Shown: in pieces, positions 57,520 through 64,000 of the stretch
Layout: the number at the start of each line of letters is the position of its first letter
How positions within the stretch are numbered: the stretch's first letter is position 1
Source of the DNA: Coriobacteriia bacterium
GTDB lineage: Bacteria; Actinomycetota; Coriobacteriia; Coriobacteriales; Eggerthellaceae
DNA length: 64,000 nt
Direction: 5' to 3'
NCBI GenBank assembly: GCA_030523425.1
Contig: JAUNIP010000003.1
Span: forward strand, 11,245 to 75,244
Translations under genes and position numbers: made by a program
Notes under the pieces: generated by a model
What the model was told of the DNA's origin: nothing
The model's database searches: none
The model's input: only the letters and a program-made list of their open reading frames with translations

Positions 57520-58713
57520 ATGAGCTTGAACGACACCCCTTCTTCCGAACGCGTGCACATCGGCTTTTTCGGGCTGCGCAACGCGGGCAAGTCTTCTTTG
57601 GTGAACGCCGTGACCGGCCAGGACCTTTCCGTGGTCAGCGAAGTGCGCGGTACCACCACCGACGCCGTGACCAAGGCCATGGAAATTCTGCCCATAGGCC
57701 CGTGCGTGGTGCTTGACACCCCCGGCATAGACGACGAAGGCGGTTTGGGCGCGCTGCGCGTGGAGGCCGCGCGCAAGGCCCTGCGCAAGTGCGACGTGGC
57801 GGTGCTGGTAAGCGAAGCCGGGCGCCCGTTGGCCCCCGCCGAAACTCAGCTGCTAGACGAATTCCAAGGCCGCAGCCTGCCGTGGCTGGTAGCCCGCACC
57901 AAGGGTGACCTGCTGGAAGGCGAAGACGGCGTGGAAGGCGTGGATGCGGCCCGCACGCTGGTGGTAAGCGCCGTCACGGGGGAAGGCGTGTACCAGCTGA
58001 AGGAGCTGATAGCGCGTGTGGCCAGCACTGCGCGCCGCGAAAAGCCCCTGATGGCAGACCTGGTGCAGCGGGGGGACACCGTGGTGTCGGTGATTCCCAT
58101 AGACTCCGCGGCGCCGAAGATGCGCATCATTCTGCCGCAGCAGATGGTGCTGCGCGACTGCCTGGACCACGGCGTTAGCTGCCTGTGCTGCCAGCCGTCT
58201 GAGCTGGCCGATTGCCTTGCCAACCTGAAAAAGCCCCCGCGCCTGGTGGTCACCGATTCGCAGGCCTTTGCGGAAGTGAGCGCCGTGGTGCCTAAAGACG
58301 TGCTGCTGACGGGCTTCAGCATTTTGATGGCCCGCTACAAGGGCGAACTGGACGTGTTTGCGCGGGGCGCCGGCGTGTTGGCGCAGCTGACCGACGAAAG
58401 CCGCGTGCTGGTGTGCGAAGGCTGCACCCACCACCGCCAGTGCGACGACATTGGCACCGTGAAGATTCCCGCGTGGGTGCGCGCCCACAGCGGCGCTAAC
58501 CCGCAGTTCGAATTCACCAGCGGCGGCGGCTTCCCGGCAGACGTTTCGCCTTATGACCTGGTAATCCATTGCGGCGCCTGCATGCTGAACGCCCGCGAAG
58601 TGGCCCATCGCTTAGACCTGTGTGCCGCCGCCGACGTGCCCGTGGTGAACTACGGCATAGCCATAGCCAAAATGAAGGGCATCCTGGACCGAGCCTTAGC
58701 GCCTTTTGCCTAA
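57520..58713 (+). CDS. hydF: [FeFe]-hydrogenase maturase HydF (GTPase scaffold)
   Basis: P-loop GLRNAGKSSLVNA, DTPG, TKGD. C-terminal cluster ligands CEGCTHH ... HCGAC. Confidence 0.9.
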   Translation: MSLNDTPSSERVHIGFFGLRNAGKSSLVNAVTGQDLSVVSEVRGTTTDAVTKAMEILPIGPCVVLDTPGIDDEGGLGALRVEAARKALRKCDVAVLVSEAGRPLAPAETQLLDEFQGRSLPWLVARTKGDLLEGEDGVEGVDAARTLVVSAVTGEGVYQLKELIARVASTARREKPLMADLVQRGDTVVSVIPIDSAAPKMRIILPQQMVLRDCLDHGVSCLCCQPSELADCLANLKKPPRLVVTDSQAFAEVSAVVPKDVLLTGFSILMARYKGELDVFARGAGVLAQLTDESRVLVCEGCTHHRQCDDIGTVKIPAWVRAHSGANPQFEFTSGGGFPADVSPYDLVIHCGACMLNAREVAHRLDLCAAADVPVVNYGIAIAKMKGILDRALAPFA

Positions 58714-58741
58714 CCGTTCCCTGTCGCACCCCTGCTGCTTG

Positions 58742-59281
58742 CTACAGCGCCGTGCCCTTTGTGGGCACGGTGAAGGTGCTCATGTTATGGCCTTCGTGCT
58801 CTAGCAGCCACACTTTCGCGGGCATGCCGCCGCCGAAGCCGGTCAGGCTGCGGTTGGCGCCAACCACGCGGTGGCAGGGCACCACGATGCTGATGGGGTT
58901 GTGGCCTACTGCGCCGCCCACGCTGCGTGGGGAAGCCTTGCCGCGCGTGGCGGCCACCTGCTGGGAAATTTCACCATAGCTGGTGGTTTCGCCGTAGGGA
59001 ATTTCGCGCAGGATGTTCCACACCGCCTGGCGGAATTCGCTGCCGTAGGGCGCTAAGGGCAGCGCGCCAATGGCCGGCCGCTTGCCGGCGAAGTAGGCGT
59101 CCAGCCACCGCGCAAGTTCGGCCAAAACGGGGCACGCATCGTTGCGCACCGGCAGTTCCGGCAGGCCTTCGAATTCGTACTTGTGGTTGGGAAACCACAG
59201 CCCGCACACGGCTTCACGTGCGCTGTCGCTGGCGATGGTCAGCGTGCCGAAGGGTGCAACGTATTCGGTGTAGTACAGCAT
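58742..59281 (-). CDS. ogt: Methylated-DNA--protein-cysteine methyltransferase
   Basis: Active-site IVVPCHRVVG and upstream YGE..SYGE pattern. 179 aa. Confidence 0.9.
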   Translation of the reverse strand: MLYYTEYVAPFGTLTIASDSAREAVCGLWFPNHKYEFEGLPELPVRNDACPVLAELARWLDAYFAGKRPAIGALPLAPYGSEFRQAVWNILREIPYGETTSYGEISQQVAATRGKASPRSVGGAVGHNPISIVVPCHRVVGANRSLTGFGGGMPAKVWLLEHEGHNMSTFTVPTKGTAL

Positions 59282-59322
59282 GATGTTCCTTTCCGGGAGG
59301 GGCTAATGGTGTGCGTTGTGGG

Positions 59323-60792
59323 TTACGAGAGCGATTCCCACAGGCTCATAACGGCGTAGCTGCGCCAAGGGCGCCATTGCTGCGCCAGTTCAACGCGTTG
59401 TTTGGGAGTTAGGTCCGGCAGCGCGTGCGCCACGCCGCCGTCAGTTTCCAGGAAGGCGTCGGGGTAGCCCATGGCACGCATGGCCACATAATTGGCGGTC
59501 CAGGGGCCGATGCCCTTGATGGCGGTCAGTTTCGCCATTTCTTCTTGGGGGTCTACGGGGCCGTCCCAGTTCAGCGTGCCATTGGCAAACAGGCGGGCCA
59601 CGTCAAGGATGGCCCGGCTGCGGGAAGCGATAATTCCCAGCTGACCGAACGCTTCTTCCAGCGGGCGGTCCGGTCGGTCAAGTGCAAGTATGTCTTCAGG
59701 GGTGGGGAAGGCGCAGGTCAAGCCTTCGGGCGCTCCTTCCACGGGCGTGCCGAAAGCCTCCGCCACGCGCCCCGCCAGCACGCCCGCCGCTTTTACGGAA
59801 ATCTGCTGGCCCAAGATGGCTCGACAGCACACCTCGAAAGTGTCCACGCATCCGGGGATGCGCAGGCCATACACGTTGGCCCCGGGAATCACGTCGTCGA
59901 TGCTGCGCAGCGTTTCCGCCACGGCTGCGGGGTCGCAGTCCAGGTCGAACAAGCGGCGCACTTTGCCTAGCAGCGCCGGCAGTGCTGGCAGCAAGTCTTC
60001 GGCAAGCGTCAGGCGCACGCGGTTGTTGGCGGCGTCGTTGGCCACCGTAATCCATCCCAGCAAGGGCCCTTTTTCGCCTGACAGCCGCACAATGCGCTGG
60101 TAGGCACCGTCTTGCACCTGCTCAACCCCTGGGATGGCGCGCATTCCCAAAAAGCCCACTATGCGTTCCCACTGGTAGGGCGGGCGATACCCCAGCGCCA
60201 CCGTAATAGCTTCGCTGGCGGGCTGATTTTGTCTGGCTTTTTTGCGGAAGTCGGAAGGGCATAGGTGGTAGTGCTTTTTGAACAGGTCGTTCATGCGGCG
60301 GGTGCTGCCAAATCCTGCTGCTTCCGCCACGCGGGAAATGGGCAGGGCGGAATCGGTAAGCAGGCTTTTTGCCAGCAGCAGACGGCATGTCTGCATGTAT
60401 TCCACAGGTGTTACGTGGTAGTAGTCGGCAAACACGCGGCGCAGGTGGCGGTCGGTGTATCCCAGACGCGCGGCCGCTTTCTGCAGGCTTTGTCCGCTGG
60501 TGCAGTGTTCGCGCAGGTAATGCGCGGCCTTGGTGGCCAGCGCCTGTTCGGCGTCGGCGGCTGAGTGGCCGGGCGCCAATTCTGGGCGGCATGTCAAGCA
60601 TGGCCGGAAGCCCGCTTTTTCGGCTTCGGCTACGTTGGCGAAAAACGTGCAGTTTTCCTGCTTCGGCATGCGCGCATGGCATACGGGGCGGCAATAGATG
60701 CCCGTGGAAGAAACGCCCACAAAGAAGCGACCGTCAAAACGAGCATCCCTCGCTTTGAATGCTTCGTATAGGGCGTCGTGGTTGAGTTCCAT
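59323..60792 (-). CDS. Ada-type Zn/AraC regulatory domain fused to AlkA-type DNA-3-methyladenine glycosylase II
   Basis: ATG at 60792 after AAGGGAG. N-terminal Ada Zn site YCRPVCHARMP...FRPCLTCRP. AraC HTH ISRVAEAAGFGSTRRMNDLFKKHY. HhH-GPD region IKGIGPWTANYVAMRAMGYPDAF. Confidence 0.85.
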   Translation of the reverse strand: MELNHDALYEAFKARDARFDGRFFVGVSSTGIYCRPVCHARMPKQENCTFFANVAEAEKAGFRPCLTCRPELAPGHSAADAEQALATKAAHYLREHCTSGQSLQKAAARLGYTDRHLRRVFADYYHVTPVEYMQTCRLLLAKSLLTDSALPISRVAEAAGFGSTRRMNDLFKKHYHLCPSDFRKKARQNQPASEAITVALGYRPPYQWERIVGFLGMRAIPGVEQVQDGAYQRIVRLSGEKGPLLGWITVANDAANNRVRLTLAEDLLPALPALLGKVRRLFDLDCDPAAVAETLRSIDDVIPGANVYGLRIPGCVDTFEVCCRAILGQQISVKAAGVLAGRVAEAFGTPVEGAPEGLTCAFPTPEDILALDRPDRPLEEAFGQLGIIASRSRAILDVARLFANGTLNWDGPVDPQEEMAKLTAIKGIGPWTANYVAMRAMGYPDAFLETDGGVAHALPDLTPKQRVELAQQWRPWRSYAVMSLWESLS

Positions 60793-60904
60793 GTTTTGCT
60801 CCCTTCTGCTAGTGCGTAGTGTAGCAGGCGGGGCACCGCAAACTAGCCATAATTGGACATGGATAGCATGTCTTGACTTCATTTGCGCTTCGAGCGAACA
60901 GGGA

Positions 60905-61198
60905 ATTACGCCCAAAAATGTCCAAATTGGCAATTTTGGACGTAATGATTTCCTGCCGCCTTGTCGCTTTTACGCCCAAAACTGCCCTTGTTTGGTATTT
61001 GGGCGTAAATAGCTTTCGAAAGAGCGTCAGGTTTTCTGTTCTCCAAGCGCGCTTCTTCTCTGCTCTTGCAAATAACTGTTGCTAGTCAGATTTCATTACG
61101 CCCAAAATGTCCAAATTGGCAATTTTGGACGTAATGCCCTTCGTCTGCTTGATTTCGATTACGCCCAAATTTGCTGAGAGAAGGAGTTTGGGCGTAAT
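60905..61198. repeat. Duplicated pair of hairpin elements built on the word TTACGCCCAAA
   Basis: A1 60905-60946 and A2 61095-61135: ATTACGCCCAAAA(A)TGTCCAAATTGGCAATTTTGGACGTAAT. B1 60970-61008 and B2 61158-61198: (A)TTACGCCCAAA, a 17-nt loop, then TTTGGGCGTAA(T). A-to-B spacing is 63-65 nt, and the A1-to-A2 period is 190 nt. Confidence 0.85.
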
Positions 61199-61292
61199 AA
61201 TGCGCTGCAGTGTCAGTTGGTCCGCTGCAGGGTGCGGTAGCGCGGCAAGTCAAAGACCAGGCCACTGCTTGGGCATCTGCTGGGGGTGCCAC

Positions 61293-62369
61293 CTACCGGG
61301 CGCGGCGATCCTTGCCGGCGCTCTTGTAATACTCGGCCTTATTATCGTACATGGTGGAATCGGCGCGGGCCATGGTTACCTGGGCGGAATCGCCCGGCCG
61401 GGCCGTTTCAATGCCCACAGAAATGTGCAAGCTGTCCACAAATTCACCCTTGAAAGCTTCGCACTCCTTGGTCAGCTGGGCTTTCAGCTCGTCGGCGTTA
61501 GGCGAATAGCCCTCCAAGATAGCCGCAAATTCATCACCGCCTATGCGGTAGCACTTGCCGTAAGGCCCAAACACGCTGGTGATCACATTCGCCGCGCCGC
61601 AGATCAGTTCGTCGCCTGCTTGGTGGCCCAGGTTGTCGTTCACTTCTTTCAGGCCGTTGATGTCTAGCGCGCACATTTTCAGGCTGGAGCCGTGGCCGGC
61701 GTCTTGCAGCACCGCAATGTGTTTTTCGTAGCTGCGGCGGTTCAGCATGCCAGAAAGCTGGTCCGATTCGCTGAGCAGGTGGTTGCGCTGCTCTAACACG
61801 TGTCGTTCCGTCTTCACGCGCATCATGATGGCGCACACTATGAAGCTGACCAGCCCATACGGAATGATCACCGATTTGTTGAACGCCAGCATGTCGGGCG
61901 CTTGCGTGTTCGCCGCCAACACGAAATACAGCACCACGTTCAGCAGGCACACCGCAATCATGCGTAAAGGGGAATCGGTGAACAGCAGCGGCGCGGCAAA
62001 CAGCAGTATGCCGAAGCTGGCCGATGCGTGATTAGGGTCGACCAAGGTGCCTAGCGCAATGCCGAACAGCAGCAGCAATTCAACGAACACATACACCAGC
62101 ACCAAGGTGAGGTGCTTAGCACGGGGTGCCACCTTGTCCGCCAGGGCAGCCATGCAAATGGTGATGACGGCTCCAATAATGTAGACCGTGCGGCTTTCGG
62201 CCAGCTGCGGGCTAAAGTAGCTGCCCATGGTGAGTACGGCCAATCCGACGGCGGCTATCAGGGAAAACGCAGTAAGGTTTTTGCGGTTGGACTCCCAAAT
62301 GGCGTCCTTGACCGCCGCGTAATCTTCCTTTTCGGCACCCGCATACAACAACAAATTCTTCAGATTCAC
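61293..62369 (-). CDS. Membrane-anchored diguanylate cyclase (GGDEF)
   Basis: Six or more N-terminal TM segments. DQLSGMLNRRSY domain start and an intact active site YRIGGDEFAAIL. Confidence 0.85.
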   Translation of the reverse strand: MNLKNLLLYAGAEKEDYAAVKDAIWESNRKNLTAFSLIAAVGLAVLTMGSYFSPQLAESRTVYIIGAVITICMAALADKVAPRAKHLTLVLVYVFVELLLLFGIALGTLVDPNHASASFGILLFAAPLLFTDSPLRMIAVCLLNVVLYFVLAANTQAPDMLAFNKSVIIPYGLVSFIVCAIMMRVKTERHVLEQRNHLLSESDQLSGMLNRRSYEKHIAVLQDAGHGSSLKMCALDINGLKEVNDNLGHQAGDELICGAANVITSVFGPYGKCYRIGGDEFAAILEGYSPNADELKAQLTKECEAFKGEFVDSLHISVGIETARPGDSAQVTMARADSTMYDNKAEYYKSAGKDRRAR

Positions 62370-62491
62370 GCTTGCCCCCCTGGTCGTTTCGCGCTGGAAT
62401 TTTCCTTAGAATAGCGCATGTGCTTCCAAAGGCAGATTAGACGCGCGGTTTGTGGGGGAATTGTTGCAGACGGCGCGCTGACGGTTAACAT

Positions 62492-63520
62492 CTAGAAACC
62501 GCTTTGGTGCCCCCAGCCCGGCAGCAGGGTTTTATTCTGCCCGCGCTTGGCCCAGTCCATGCCACGGAATTCCTTCACTTCGTTGAACTTGTAGTTTTCG
62601 GCCCACATCAAACAGAAGCTGCGTAGTTCGTCCAGCAAGTCTTCGGTGGTGCCGTCGAATTCCTGCGTCATGTAGTTCTTGAACACGGTGTACGTTTGGC
62701 TTTTGTCGCGGATGCGCTGCTTTTGGAAGCGGATGGTCAGCCACATGCGTATGCCGGCGTTCAGCTTCAGGCTGCTTTTGTCTTCGCCAAACATCAGCTG
62801 TATGGGGTTCCAGTATTCGGCGTACAGGCGCTGCTGTTCTTCGCGGGTTTCGGCCACCAGCAGGTAGTTGCGCACCAGATCCGCCGTGGAAAGGGGCAAG
62901 CCCTTCACATTCAGGCTTTCGAAAATGGCCTGCGCGTTGTCGGTTTCGCTTAGCTGCACGCTTATGATCAGCAGCTGCTGCAGCCCGCGCCACAGGGTAT
63001 TGGCGTCAAAGTCTGCCTGGGCCATGGCGTTATGGAAGTACGCGAAGTTCTTGCCCACGCGGCTGGCGCTGGGGGCTTCCTGACCATCTATCAGCGCCTG
63101 CAGGCAGTCGTCATCGGCTTGCAGCAGCTGGAGTTTGCTGGGGCGTTTGCCCTGCACGTCGTGCGCGCCACCAAGCACGTAGTTCGCTTCCATTTCGTCC
63201 GCGGAAAGCCCGCCGACGCAGGTGGCGGTTTCGCGCAGGTGCTCTACCAAGGCCGTCAACAGAATGGTCAGCGTGGCAATGCGCTGCTGACCGTCTATGA
63301 CATCATGCACAACGGTGCCGTCAGGCAGCAGTTCCGCCGGTCGGAAGATGATCATGCTCATGTAATGCGAGCGCTGTTGCACGCCAGCGCGCTGCAAATC
63401 TTCCCACAGTTCGGCGCATTGGCGCGGTGTCCAGGTATAGGAGCGCTGGTAAAAGGGGATGGTGAACCGGTCGTTTTCCCGGGCCAGGAAATCCAAAAAC
63501 GAACATTGCTGGGTAATCAT
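62492..63520 (-). CDS. DUF262 (ParB/GmrSD N-terminal-like) domain protein, 342 aa, no recognisable DUF1524/His-Me nuclease domain
   Basis: FTIPFYQRSYTWTPRQCAELWEDL and VIDGQQRIATLTILLTAL are the DUF262 signatures. The C-terminal part is helical with no obvious nuclease motif. Confidence 0.75.
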   Translation of the reverse strand: MITQQCSFLDFLARENDRFTIPFYQRSYTWTPRQCAELWEDLQRAGVQQRSHYMSMIIFRPAELLPDGTVVHDVIDGQQRIATLTILLTALVEHLRETATCVGGLSADEMEANYVLGGAHDVQGKRPSKLQLLQADDDCLQALIDGQEAPSASRVGKNFAYFHNAMAQADFDANTLWRGLQQLLIISVQLSETDNAQAIFESLNVKGLPLSTADLVRNYLLVAETREEQQRLYAEYWNPIQLMFGEDKSSLKLNAGIRMWLTIRFQKQRIRDKSQTYTVFKNYMTQEFDGTTEDLLDELRSFCLMWAENYKFNEVKEFRGMDWAKRGQNKTLLPGWGHQSGF

Positions 63521-63711
63521 GGCGTTCCTTGTGCCAAGCGGCAGGTTGGCGCTTGTCGCAGCAGTGGCCCTGTGGGCGCGCAGCGGTTTTGCAGCAGGTT
63601 GCTTGCCGCAGCAAACAAGCGTCTTCCTGCGTCTTGGCGTTGTTTGATGTTTTTTCTACGCGTACAATTATACGCGCCCGTGGTTTGCGGGGCGCTAGGT
63701 AAGGGGAAGAA

Positions 63712-64000
63712 ATGCAAACGCAACAAACAACGTACTTAGACTTCCTGGGCACACCAGATGCGCGCATGGCCATTCCGGTGTTCCAGCGCGTGTATTCCTG
63801 GACCGAATGGCAGTGCGAAGAGCTGTGGAATGACATCTGTGCGGCGGGTGCCACCGGTGAAGCGCACTTCATTGGAAGCATCGTGTATCTTAGCGAAGAC
63901 ATGCCGCAAGCAGACGACGGCCAGCCTGCGCAGCTGTTCAGCATAGTGGACGGCCAGCAGCGCACCGTTACCATGACGCTGTTGTTCGCGGCCTTGCGGG
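63712..64000 (+). CDS. Second DUF262-domain protein (partial; continues beyond the right window edge)
   Basis: Absent from the ORF track (open at the edge). Manual translation from the ATG at 63712 gives MQTQQTTYLDFLGTPDARMAIPVFQRVYSWTEWQCEELWNDICAAG...IVDGQQRTVTMTLLFAAL. Paralogous to, and divergent from, 62492..63520. Confidence 0.7.
   Translation, partial: MQTQQTTYLDFLGTPDARMAIPVFQRVYSWTEWQCEELWNDICAAGATGEAHFIGSIVYLSEDMPQADDGQPAQLFSIVDGQQRTVTMTLLFAALR

Noticed and set aside
60873-61667. Two small plus-strand ORFs both starting MSKLAILDVM (60873..61085 internal, and 61107..61667)
   Set aside because: The shared peptide is a by-product of the duplicated DNA hairpin element. The similarity stops where the DNA repeat stops, and the second ORF runs antisense through the well-supported GGDEF gene.

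Overview
High-GC bacterial chromosomal segment (GC judged by eye, not computed). I annotate about 57 protein-coding genes or gene remnants. I recognised no rRNA, tRNA or CRISPR array. The gene content points to an anaerobic Gram-positive, possibly Coriobacteriia/Eggerthellaceae; this is inference only. It rests on an [FeFe]-hydrogenase with HydE/G/F maturases, TAT/lipobox-exported redox proteins, a BspA-type LRR protein and an SLH-anchored lipase.

Housekeeping and metabolic content:
- GltD/NuoF-like oxidoreductase plus HydA (6.5-10.1 kb), with hydEGF 45 kb away (55-58.7 kb).
- Type IIA topoisomerase B/A pair.
- ogt and an ada-alkA fusion.
- Three ABC systems.
- A LysR-linked flavodoxin/SDR/aldo-keto-reductase cluster.
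- Three c-di-GMP genes, one of them truncated.

Accessory and conflict content:
- An RHH-PIN toxin-antitoxin cassette abutting a truncated GGDEF gene.
- An apparently lower-GC restriction island (BglII-like endonuclease, C5-cytosine methyltransferase, SRA-like/Mrr-like type IV enzyme) next to a MITE-like inverted repeat.
- Two HipA-like kinase modules flanking a cyclophilin gene.
- A head-to-head pair of DUF262 (GmrSD-type N-domain) genes at the right edge.

Observations I rank highest:
1. The second HipA module looks like a split and permuted version of the first. It is a short kinase, followed by an overlapping gene that fuses a HipA-N-subdomain-like region to an XRE HTH. It is preceded by a 48-bp AT-rich palindrome.
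2. Two ~0.8-0.9 kb non-coding loci (10.2-11.1 kb and 53.1-53.9 kb) share a nested palindromic architecture. Their inner hairpin boxes differ between loci but stay self-complementary within each locus.
3. The restriction island places a 5mC-writing enzyme next to a putative 5mC-reading nuclease.
4. A WYL regulator / SPFH / large polytopic membrane protein cluster.
5. A GAF-fused ABC ATPase with a giant coiled-coil FtsX permease, beside a sigma-less partner-switching module.

All functional calls come from motif recognition by eye. None has been checked against databases.
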